Origin: Podarcis bocagei
Lineage: Eukaryota
Assembly (NCBI GenBank): GCA_964188305.1
Contig: OZ076889.1
DNA length: 64,000 nt
Reading direction: 5' to 3' (one strand)
Under the pieces are notes generated by a model. The model saw only the letters and a list, made by a program, of their open reading frames with translations. It was not told the origin of the DNA and made no database searches. Both the position numbers and the translations under genes were made by a program. Shown here in pieces: positions 12,006 to 23,910 of this stretch (positions within the stretch are counted from its first letter, which is position 1; each line of letters begins with the position of its first letter).

Positions 12006-13654
12006 GCATATCAATTTATGCAAGATGTACAGAGAGGAACATAACATTATGCATAGTGTGGAGAAAATGCAGGGAGACATTGTATTTTATAGGCCCTAGT
12101 TTGGAGTAGGAACAGAGCAGGGGGCAAAGGCCTAAAGTCCTCCTAACCTCCTTGCTATTTTTATCAAGATTAGGGCTCCACACTAAGAGCCCCTGCACAG
12201 AAAGACACAGGTGCATAGCTAATGTAACATGTACAGTAGCTTGATCCTAGCTTGTGATCTTAGAATCTTAGTTCACAATGCCTGATCTGTTATTTATTGT
12301 ATATCTGCAATGCCATCTGCCTTTCATCTGCTGGGGAAAGGGGGGGGGGAGCATGCAGCAATTTATTGTTTTATGATATTACATTTTTGTATTTTGATAT
12401 TGCAATTCATTTTTCCTGTTGCTTTTTCTCTCTCTCTTTTGTGAGCTGCCCAGAAAACTCATGTTTTGGGTGGCCCAGGCAAACACAGAAAATAAAGAAA
12501 AGGAAAAAATACTTCCTTTAACTTCCTTTAGCGATAACCCACACACTCTTCACCCTAAGCCTACAGCAGTTCTTGTGTCCCCAATAACTGTCTCAGCTTT
12601 TTAAAGCCAGAGGAGGAAGCCTTGAAGCTTCCTGCTTTTTTTCTCATCAGAGAGGCAGTGCAGAATAGTATAAGGACTGTGCATCCTCCCATCCTTTTTC
12701 CTGTTCTACAAGGCCATTGATTCTTTAAAGAAAATGCTGCAGCAGTGTGTGTGTGTGTGTGTGTGTGTTGAAAAATCATGAGCAAGGTTAATACTGAAGT
12801 CTAAGGGAAGAAGAGATGGGGTGTTAAAAGCATCAAAGCACCACTGATTTCATTTTCCTGTTTTATAAGAAGTTTCCAGCGTATGTAAGCTTTACATAGT
12901 AAATTCTCAAATTAAATTTCTGATAGATTTGTGGATTAAAACTATCTTCGTGTATTGATTACTGTTGCCAGGCACAGCCCAATTCTCCAAGCAGTGAGAG
13001 GTTCTAGGGGGTGCAGGCCTTCCCCGGGTTTCATCTCCCTGGAAGGAGGACACTAGTATTGGCCTTTTAAACAAAATTGTGTTTGCTTACAACCTATGCA
13101 GAGGCAGTGCTTAAACCACTCCAACACATAGCCCAAATCCATGGCTTCCACATAATAGTTTTCCAGGGAGACTGCCAGCCTGCTCCCAGAAATGTTGCTA
13201 GCTTTCCAGAGTCCAAAACTCAGCTCTCTGACACGCTCTTACTCAGATCTCATCCACACAGGCAGCATTGTCCCCAGCCAAGGGAGGGGCAAAGGAAGCC
13301 TCCTTCTAAAACAGTTTTTGGTTATAACCGAGTCATTCAGGAAGAGAGTCGAAGAGCTAGGGAGCCTCATGTCTGGGGCCAAAATGTGGTCCCCACACTT
13401 GGAATGAAGATTTAGAATGAAGAAACAATCATGGGAGAGCCCCAATTTTGTTGTTGCTGCTGAAAATATAGAATCCAGTTGTTACTAGGAGCAGTCTTCA
13501 GCTCAAAGGGAAACATTCAGGTTCATTGTGAAGCAGAGCACAGAAGTAAAAAAAAGAAAGGAATCAGATAGTTTATGTACATTAGCAAAGCTGGATATAA
13601 ATCTTAGCACATTAGGTACACAAAAGTCAAAATAGGTAGCACTACCTAGTGGTT

Positions 13655-14184
13655 CTTGGAAGAAAAGCAATGACAAATCTAGACAGCATCTTAAAAAGCA
13701 GAGACATCACCTTGCCAACAAAGGCCCGTATTGTTAAAGCTATGGTTTTCCCAGTAGTGATGTATGGAAGTGAGAGCTGGACCATAAAGAAGGCTGATCA
13801 CCGAAGAATTGATGCTTTTGAATTATGGTGCTGGAGGAGACTCTTGAGAGTCCCATGGACTGCAAGAAGATCAAACGTATCCATTCTTAAGGAAATCAGC
13901 CCTGAGTGCTCACTGGAAGGACAGATCCTGAAGCTGAGACTCCAGCACTTTGACCACCTCATGAGAAGAGAAGACTCCCTGGAAAAGACCCTGTTGCTGG
14001 GAAAGATGGAGGGCACAAGGAGAAGGGGACAACGGAGGATGAGATGGTTGGATAGTGTTCTCGAAGCTACCAGCATGAGTCTGACCAAACTGCGGGAGGC
14101 AGTGGAGGACAGAAGTGCCTGGCGTGCTCTGGTCCATGGGGTCACGAACCGTCGGACACGACTAAACGACTAAACAACAACAAC
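13655..14184 (+). mobile_element. BovB (RTE clade) LINE, 5'-truncated
   Basis: ORF 13649..14173 (LGRKAMTNLDSILKSRDITLPTK...YGSESWTIKK...RIDAFELWCWRRLLRVPWTARRSN) is the BovB ORF C-terminus. It ends in a (CAA)n tail, with near-perfect TSD ACCTAGTGGTT/ACTTAGTGGTT. Confidence 0.93.
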
Positions 14185-16074
14185 ACTTAGTGGTTGGGTG
14201 GTATGTACCACCCCAAAAGTAAAGTCCCATGTTCACATGGAATAAAATGATTTCCCTTCACTTTAAGTATACCTCTCCTCAGTGGTCAAATCCAATCAAT
14301 ATCCTTACTCAATTCATTTGTGCCATTACTTCCCATTTCTTGTCACTACCATCCAATAAAGCCACAGTCACTTCATTAAAGAAGCATGATCGATTGATTT
14401 GCGTTAGGAAGAACAATGCTATTCTGGAAGACATTATATAGGATACTCAATCAGCAGCATTGATCAGTGATACCTTGAATTATCTTCTTAAGATGCACAT
14501 TGCTCAAGATATTTGCATAAAATATAGATACTGGGTCATCTTTTCAACCATACAGAATTATTTGTTTGGTGGGGAGAGGAATTTTCACAGATATCCAAAC
14601 CATACATAAACCATACATAAAGCTATGTTCATTAGGAACTGGGTCTAACAAGTTTGTGAACCTAAGGGCATAGTTCTACAGTTCTATGATTCTATGAAAT
14701 ATGGAGCATGATCTTTCTTGGCTAACATGCCAATCACAGACACAGAAAAACTGAATCTGCACGATCTGTCGCAACAACCTACCCCTACCTGGAAGCACCC
14801 ACTGTATTTCAGCCTAATCTGCTTCACAGGGTTGTTGTGTAGATAAAGAAAGAGTTGAAAGGACCATGCATGCTCAGATCCCTAGGAGAAAGAGCAGCAT
14901 GAAAAAAATGGGGTGGGGGCCATAACTTGTGCAAGCAGAAGGTCTCACATCCAGTCCTCTGGGGTGCCCAGTTTTCAAGGATCCAGTAGCTGATGGTGTG
15001 GATGAGCACAACTAGAACCTTGGAGAGCAGCCTCCTGTGTTTGGATAAGATATCTTTCCACACCTCACATACCTGCATCCAGAACGTCACTCCAGACTCT
15101 CAGTGCACAATGGAAAAGATGGCCAGTGCCTATTTATTTATGACATCAAATTCAAGTTAGGAGAATTTGCTTGATAACTCCCCCCCCCCAAGTATATGAG
15201 ATCTAAAGTACTACCTGCCATCAACTCTATGCAAAACAGGATAGAATTTATACTAGCAGCTTGACTGGACTCTAAATAGTCTGTTGTTTTACATATAAAG
15301 GTGGGGGCCCTAGCCACGCATAAATGTTTATTTGAGTTTAAAATTCCCCAACTGAGAGAATTTAGAATGATGCAAGTAATGCAAAACTTGGGTGTGAGTA
15401 ACTGAATTAATAACAAGAAACTGTGGTGAGATGAATAACTGTACTGTTCATCAAGAACATTACCTACCTACACAAATACTGTACAAAATGTTGATGTACT
15501 CTGGACTCTTACTAAATGTTTTCTCGAGACGCATGCCAAGTAAAAATTAGCAAAATTAAGAAGTGTGTCTGTCCCGCAGAGCTGTCTCACCTCCCCCTCA
15601 TACCTTCTTGCATTGGAGAAGCACAAATCTCTCATCTTCAGAAGAATTACCTGCTTCTGTGATGTTTACCTCAAACTCCCTTTGACAGCTGTGAATGGAG
15701 TACGTCATTCCACCTGTCAATCCCTTTCCCCACCTAACCTGGACTCTAGTGAGAGAAAAGGGGGTCATTCCTCCAAGTGGCTTAAGATAGCATAAATACA
15801 TGAGTCTTCCAGAGGAAGATTTAAGAGAGCATGGCTGGTTTGATTGCACTGGGTGCAGAGCCTCAGGGACACTGCAACTGTGATTTACAATGGAGCGTAA
15901 GAGGCCCCAAATTTTGGCATCACTGAAATTTGAGACCCCCAGATCTGTCACTGGACCCCCCCCCCCTGCACCCTAGTGACTGAGCTGGAAAACTGAGGGC
16001 CTAAGGCCTTAGTAGCCTCATGGTTAAAACTGTTGTTTATGCTACTTCTAATTTATCCAGCTTCACTGTCTTAA

Positions 16075-16297
16075 ATCAAGCAGAGGACCTTCTCAGTAGT
16101 GGCACCCACTCTATGGAACGCCCTGCCATCAGATGTCAAGGAAATAAACAACTATCTGACTTTTAGAAGACATCTGAAGGCAGCCCTGTTTAGGGAAGTT
16201 TTTATGTTTAAAGTTTTATTCTGTTTTTAGTGTTCTGTGGGGAGAGGTCCAGAGTGGCTAGGGAAACCCAGCCAGATGGGTGGTGGGGTATAAATAG

Positions 16298-16340
<43 letters not shown>
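16075..16340 (+). mobile_element. L2-type LINE 3' end followed by (TTG)n
   Basis: Same family as the inverted copies at 52876-53121 and ~24640-24790 (gccctgccatcagatgtcaag...ggaaacccagccagatggg). Confidence 0.65.
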
Positions 16341-16459
16341 AAATCAGGGTTGGGGGATTTCTGGCCTGGAGGCTGAATACAGCCTTCTAAGGCCTCTTTA
16401 CCTGGCCCTCAGAACTCTCCCAAGCCACACCCCGTGTCTGGCTGAAATGTGCTCCCCCC

Positions 16460-16757
16460 TGTTATGTACTGAAGTTCTCACCCTGGGCCAGCAGGGGGAT
16501 ACTGTAGATAGTTATGCAAATGAAGGATCGAAAGTGACGTTCAGTGATTGGATGGATACTGTAGAGAGTTATGCAAATGAAGGATTGACGTTCAGTGATT
16601 GGATAGTTTTAGAAAGTTGTTACAGTAACATGGTACTGGAGCTGTATATAAGCAGGCTGACCGAGCCCTTCAGTTCAGTTCTGTCCTGGCCTGTGAATAA
16701 ACAAGAGCTGTTTGAAGAATCGCTGTGTCGTCTGATATGTTCACCCACAACTTAACA
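16460..16757 (+). mobile_element. Solo LTR (probably Gypsy-type) nested in a hAT-like MITE (~16345-16860)
   Basis: TGTTA...TAACA termini, TATATAA at 16645, AATAAA at 16696 and an internal ~55-bp tandem duplication. No clean TSD. Confidence 0.65.
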
Positions 16758-18145
16758 CACACACCCTTGCCTCTGTTCCCTCCCTCCACTGGCATGTAGC
16801 CCTCAGGAAGTTGCCTAGAAGGGAATACAGCCTTGGGCCGAAAAAGATTCCCCATCCCCCAATACATCTTTTGTATTGGATTCTGAAGATGACTGGATAT
16901 TTCGCATGGCTCAAAGTTTCTGTCATATTGCTCATGTCCGTACTTGGCTAAAGGAGAGGTAAAGAGAGCCATGATTTGAGTTATGCCTGGCTGCAGTCAG
17001 GATAGACAGAGCTTGCTAAAAGTAGGCTAAATAAAATGGAGGTCTTGGGTTTTTCACTCACCAGGAATTAGGTTGGATAGAGTGAGCAGTGGTAGCTACT
17101 TGTAAGTCATTGGCACAATCCAGCCCGTTCTGTACCAGCTTCCCTCACAGTGGACTTCTCAGGTGGTCTGGGAATCTCAACATCTTTTTTCCCCTAATCT
17201 TAATTTTTATTGTGCATCATAGCATAGTACAAAAGGAGGAAAAGGCAGGAAGCAACAGGTACATACGGTAATCTGTGCATTGATTCCTTTAACTAACAAA
17301 AAAAATATGAATTCAGCCTTCCCTAGATTTGTCATTCCAATTAGAAATAAACATCACTCATTTTCCAATAAATCAATTTTCATATAGAATATTTTTCCCT
17401 GCACAGTTATCTCCATTGTATTCCAAATCCACAACCAATTCATTAAAAATCAGAAATATAGAGATGGATATCAGTGAATTTCACTGCATGTTGCCTTTTC
17501 CTGTGACCAGAAGTAAAATAAAAGTTGTCATTAAGCACTAATTTCCATAATATATTCAAGCCATAGAATTCAAGGGTGGTTTATTCTATCTCAATGAAGT
17601 ATTTGGATTTAGTACAGTACGTCGCATATGGTAAGTTCAGAATATATGCACAGCTTAGGAGAGAACTATCTGTCAGCAGCTTGCCAGAGCTCATATCAGG
17701 TTTCAGTTAGGTTAGCTTCTCCGAAACACTAATTGCTTTTTCAAGGGCAAAGATGACATCATTTCCCAACAATCTTCCCCATTCTATTACACTCAAGCAT
17801 GACCCAGAGTCGAGGTTAAGAAGATAGCAACAGGCTTGGTTCTCACTGTCTGGGATCACTAGAATCAGTTGGCTGGTTTAGCTCCCTCCTCACCCAACTG
17901 GTGCCCTGAAACGCACACTTCCACCTTCTCCCATGTCAATGAATGGCTGTCATTTATTGCAACAGAGCAGGAGCAAAGCGGGACACTTGGGAACGAGTGT
18001 TATGGTGTCACTCCAGCTTCAGCCCTAGGTGGCTCAGTCCCCACTGGCAGGTACACCACAGAGCTTACAATATGTCTTTGCTTGCACAAAAGATGCTACA
18101 CCACAGTGAAGCCCTTGCAAAGACAGGATTTCACATGCGCGCGCG

Positions 18146-18178
<33 letters not shown>

Positions 18179-18414
18179 GAGAGAGACATTCTGCATCGTA
18201 AGTCCTTTACAAACAGTTAACTGGAGACTAAACATGTGAAGTGTGGAATGAGACTGCCCATTCTGGTTCCTCCCCTGATTCCACTGGTAACCTGCATATC
18301 TGACACATTGTATGAAAGGAGGAGCACATGAACATACAGCTGTACATACTCAGGACCTCACTTAAAAACAGCCATGCTGGATCACACCAACAGACCAGAG
18401 TTCAGCATCCCATT

Positions 18415-18615
18415 TACATAGGAACATAGAAAGCTGCTTTCTACTGAGTCCGACAAATGGTTCATCTAGTTCTGTATTGTCTTACACTGACTGTAAGAAG
18501 CTCTCAAGGGTTTCAGATAAGGGTCTCACCCTGTGCACCCTGAATATGCCAGGGACTGAACCTAAGACCTGTATCCAAAGCAGATGCCCTACCACTGAGC
18601 CAAGGCCCTTCACTA
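18415..18615 (-). mobile_element. Old tRNA-derived SINE (Squam2-like); related copies at ~44040-44170 (+), ~53255-53445 (-), ~61240-61575 (+)
   Basis: Shared body (atccctggcatc...actgagctagatgg...ctgactc...gcttcctatgttcctatg tail) recurring four times in the window. Confidence 0.55.
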
Positions 18616-18753
18616 TTTCCCATAGAGGCAATCAGAAGTCATGTGAAGCCCTCAAGTAGAAAATGAACGCAATGGCATTCTCCTGGTCAAGTTCCTCAGC
18701 AACTGATCAAATGTCCCAATCAAAAAGCCTGGGATGTATGTGGTGTGTGTGTG

Positions 18754-18784
<31 letters not shown>

Positions 18785-21004
18785 TCAAATGATTTTTATT
18801 TCTGCAATGCAGAAATGTCTTCTTGTTGCTAGCAATTCCTGCTTCAAAGCATTTCATGTTTTTTTCTCATTTTGAATAACACTGTTCCAATATGTGACTT
18901 ATTTCAAAAAATTATCCCCCTTACCTGAGGGATTGGAAAGGAGCCACCCGCATTAGCTCAATTTCTGCCCCAGATATTATGAGGCCTAGTACTGACAAAC
19001 ATACAGGAGAACAAATCTTGCTGAAGAATAATTAGCACTGTGTCTTTTCAATCTTACTGGGAGAAGATTTCATGAATGGGGCCTGTTTTACAGCATGATT
19101 CTACAGCCTCATTGATATACTCAATATAGATTTAAAAAATGCAATATATTTTAAGAGCCCTTGTAGTTACTTTTTATTATGTCATGATAGCAAGAAAGTG
19201 AAAAAGCCATCTTTTTGAGAAAGGAGGGATCTGTGCCTTTAAGCATGCATTTCACACATTTATTTGTATATTAAAAGAGTCACAATGCAATCATAGGCAT
19301 GTCTACTCAGAGGTAATTCCCACTGCATTCAGTAGGATTTTGCCACATAGTTGAGTAAAGGATTCCAGCCCCTGGTTGTAGAACCAGTAAGGTATTTGGA
19401 CATAGAAGTATCCCCTGAAGAGTAACCACATGCAACCTGAAGCAAATGTCTGTGTGGTGGGGGCGGGAATGATCCCTTCATAGGACCTCTATGTTCAGAA
19501 GCTGTAGATACCTGCATAACAGCCATTACGGACAAGCCTCAGAGGAAGGCCATTGCTTTGCTTGTAAGCCATCAATGGAATTTGACTGGCTACTGTTGCT
19601 AGAATAGAGATACTTTTGGACTGATCAAGCAAGACAAGTCTTAAGTTCTTAAAATAGTATCATCTAATATATGTTATCCCATCAACTCCACATGGGCTTG
19701 AGGCAGCTTACATTAAAGGATGCAACCTTCACCTTCTGCCACATCAACCTGCCCATACGTTAAGACAGGGGTGGTCAATTTGTGGTCTTCTAGGTGTGAC
19801 CATCAGCCCTAGTCAACATTGCCAATGGGCAGGGGTGATGGGAATGGTAGGTTAGCTACCTCTGCATTTATATCTGGTTCAGAGGCCCTTCTCTGGAGGC
19901 TCCTGCTCTATGAGGTGATGTGCATGGTGACTGGAGACAGGGCTTTCACAGTGGTGGCACCCTGCTTGTGCAATTTGTTCCCATGGGAGGCTGACCTGGT
20001 GCCTGTGCTGTTATACAATCCAAAGAGAAACCAGAGTAACATAACCTGTGCTGTTTTGTTTTATGTGCATTTTCATTTCCCCCAGCTTTTTAACGTTTCT
20101 TTTTCCATGCACAATGTTTCAGTTGTTATTTCATTCTGTTGTTGTAAACTGGACTGAGAAATTCTTATTAATTGAGAGGTGGTATGGAAATCTTTTGAAA
20201 TAAAATAAATAAAATAAATTAAAATAATAATAACTTCCGTAAAGATTTATCTTTGCATTTTCTTTCCAAGGGAGATACTTTGCATCTGTACTTTAGCTGT
20301 AACTGCCTAGAAAAAAACTGCTAGCTGCCTTTAGTATCTTTTTCACTTAATCTTATTCCATGTCACAAAGTTTAAGGGTACAATCTTATTTAAACTTACC
20401 AGAAAGTCAACTTCATTTAAATCAGAGAGACCAGATATATTTTCCTGAGAGTAAGCTTCATTGAGGTCCATGAATCTTACTTCTGAGTAGGCATACATGG
20501 GATCACACTGCTACTTCTCCAGATTCATTGTCAATCGGTGTTTCTAAAATCTAATGGCTGCTGATATGCTACAGACTGACATTTGGGGGATTTTATGTGA
20601 AATCAGAAAGGCTTAAGCTGTATCTGTGTCACAGATAAATTGACCTAGCCCCTGAGCTGATGATATAGAACTCTTGATATATACCATCAGAAGAGCAATT
20701 GGCACAAGCTCCATATGGTGAGCAGAAGGGTTGGAGTCTTGATCTTGAATCAATTTAGGAGATGTAGCATGTGTGATGTGGCCTGAAAGCATGGCCTCGA
20801 TAATGAGTTGCAACATGCGTACTTCAGAGTACATTTCATTTTTCTGTATGGAACTGCCCTGCATCAGTTCATAGAGGGGACTATTTATGCAGGGAGAGTG
20901 AAAACTTTAAATAGTTTACAGAATACCACAGAGCGTTCATGGCTTTGGCTGCTGTTGACTTTAACTAACAATCTTTAGAGTCAGATAAAGCACTGGAATG
21001 GCAT

Positions 21005-21530
21005 ATTTTATTTATTTTATAAAATTTTATATACTGCTTGATTGTAAAAAAACCCAAAACCCTCAAAGTAGCTTACGAAAAGATAAAACAAGAAAATCAA
21101 GAAAAAGTACAATATTTTAAAACATACAAAAAGTATAAATACAAAAAGATTAAAATTCGCATCGAATTTCTAAGCACCTGGGTAGTCTTGTCTAGACAAG
21201 AATGTTTTTAGCAGGTGCCGAGTAGAATACAGTGAAGGCCCCTCCCTGATCTTAATAGGCAGGGAGTTCCAAAGTGTAGGGGCCACCACACTGAAATATC
21301 AAGTACTTACAAATGCAGGATGGGTATTTTGCAGCACCTGTAGTAGTGCCACTTCTGCCAATAAAAGTGGTCAAATTATCATATATGGGGTAAGGCCTAC
21401 TTGGGTAGGTAAAGTGGTCCCAAGTTGTTAAGGGCTTTATATACTAATAATGACACCATGAACCTGGCCTGGTAGCAAATCGGCAACCAATGCAGATTTC
21501 TGAGCACAGGTATTCTATGTTGACAGTATG
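21005..21530 (-). mobile_element. L2-type LINE fragment
   Basis: Contains the ggcagggagttcca...ggggccaccacac and aacctggcctggtagcaaatcggcaaccaatgcag motifs typical of squamate L2; A/T-rich tail. Confidence 0.6.
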
Positions 21531-23169
21531 CTATGAGAGTACTTTAAACTTGTGAAGCACTCTATCAATCTTGGAAGACCAGCCAACTCAGTATTATCAG
21601 GGAATGCCAAAAGAACTTCACCTGAAATAAGGAATCCCTTCACTCCTTATCTGAACTTATGAATAACAGTCCAAACATCTACATATCGGACATTTTGAAC
21701 ATATACTGCACCAACACTTACTGGCCCCTGGAAGTGAGCTCTGACCTCAGGGTGAGAGATCTAATGTTAGATGTCCTCTAATCCCTGCTGCAGGAATGTG
21801 CACAGCCTCTGTCCTACCAAAACTGGAAATCTGACTTTGCTAGAGCCAAGAACAGAGCTTGCTAGTGATGCACCAGAAGGCTTGTTTTGAAAAGATCCAA
21901 CACCTTTCCAGTCCACCCGCCCCCCAGCATGTCCCCAAACCAGAGTGAAAATTACACCAGCCCCAGAAGCTGGCAAGGGTGCCATCCCAATTTTGCCTCT
22001 CCCATTGTGAACAATGGGAAGATATATATAAGGTTGGAGGAGACCAACCTTAGAATGGCAGCCTTAAAGGGTTTAAATTAAACAACTTAAAACTGCTTGA
22101 TTAAAGAAACTTTGAATGGCCACATCCAGTACATTGATTCTATCCTCCAATTTTCATTCACTTGACTGAGGTTTAGAGCAGGACCTGGGGTACATATTGA
22201 TTTGTCAGTTTATAGAATCCTGTGCATGGTTAGAGTGATTCCATCCTGTAACCAAAATCTCATATAATAACTTCTAAGCATAGGGTGGTCCACTGTAAGT
22301 GGGTTCCGTTACTGGTAAATCAATTAGCTGTAATCTCCAGTTTAATGAATTACAAGTTGAAGGGGGGGGGCAGTCCTTAGATCAATAGAAAACTGAAGTA
22401 CATGTTTTATAGAGAGATTGCTGAAGTGTTTTACGCATGAGAGGTGTCTACTTTCTTTGTGAGTGTATTTCTCAGACATATATTTTAAGAAAACCTGCAA
22501 ACTGAATAAGTGCGGTATTTTGTAATGGAAATGTAATGGAAAAATAGAGGAGAACTGAAAAATATTACATAGCTATTCAAAAGAAAAGCTCAAGCAGCAA
22601 GCAATCATTCCCTGTTATAACTCCACAAAAGAAGACTCAAATTACGGAATTTTTCAAATGCTCCCCAGCTTGCAGGAAATGGGTTGAATTAATAGACAGC
22701 AACAAGCTGCTAGGAAGTTGCATATCTAAGGGACACCTCTTCCATTTTAGTCTAAATGGGAAGAATATCAACTGGTTTTCAGCGACCTTTCAACCTGTGG
22801 ATTGGGACTGCTGGTGCTGAGACATCAGATGTAAAGCAAACACATTGTATTTTCAGATAATTGGCTGATTAGTTGTCCCTCCCCCCCCTTCCCTTCTTTA
22901 TTATGATCAGCACTGTCTATATATATAGTCTATATATAAAGGCTACCAAGCACTCGGCAGAGAGCTGAATGGAAGCCTCTGTCCTCAAACACCATTTCAA
23001 AACTCTTCCATGGTAGATGTGAATCAAGCTAGTTTTTCTCCCAAATAAGTGGTATTTGGGGCTGACAATTTCTTAACTAATATAAACTTCATTATTTAGA
23101 CTTTAGAGTATGAAAATTTCATTAAAAAAAATTAAAATAGGTTTATTATAATGGGGGGGGGGGAATTAC

Positions 23170-23910
23170 CTGGACTTGAATCGCACTATGAAGAGCGCAA
23201 GAGAAGCTCTGCGTCCTTAGACAGTTTTCTTTTTCCATTTACTCTTTAGGAAAACCTCAGAGGGAGGGGGGAACGGGTTCAGGGAAGCTTAGACGAAAGG
23301 CGATTCACAAGACCCAGAAACATGGAAGGTCCTCCGTGACGGGTGAACTCCACCAGGACATCACAACCGTGAGAAACTTAGACGGAGCTGAGGCATCCTT
23401 GAGATCTTAGGCTCCCTGGGAGGAAGGTATTCTTGGTGCCGGCTGCACGGATCTTCTGGAGCCTCAAGTGGTCTTGATCGGAGCTTGCGTAGAATGCCTT
23501 GCTTTGGGGAGCCGCCTCCCGGGAGGATGTTATGCTTTTTCCTATGGAGAGAAAGATTCACGTGCCGCATGTTTGCCCTCTTCCTCCGGCCGCTGCATCC
23601 ACGCACACAGCAGGGAGATCGGCTGGTCGCCAAGTCCAGCGATGCAGGAAGCCGGGTCTCGATGGCTTCGCTGCCAGGAGGATGTCACAACCACTACATC
23701 TCTCCGTTCCTGTTTCGAGCTGGTCGACAGCCTCTTGCAAAAACCCAGCCTCGGCTAGGACTCCCTTCCATGCTCTCCCTGACGCTGTTCACAGCTTTGG
23801 TGCTGAAAATAGCAACTGCTCCCAATTTAGCTGCCTTCTGGACTATCAACGCCAGGGGCAGTGTGGCTCTGATTCTTCTTCTTTTTTCTAACCCCCCACC
23901 CCAATCAGCC
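23170..23910 (-). promoter_or_regulatory. CpG-enriched unique segment, candidate promoter/non-coding first exon for TMEM275
   Basis: Local CpG enrichment against an AT-rich background, CACCC/CCAAT motifs at ~23893-23908, and a minus-strand donor CAG|GTAATT at 23168-23169. No transcript evidence. Confidence 0.35.

Noticed and set aside
16297-16755. 152-aa ORF starting with poly-Leu (signal-peptide-like)
   Set aside because: The poly-Leu comes from a (TTG)n microsatellite and the rest spans a MITE and an LTR.
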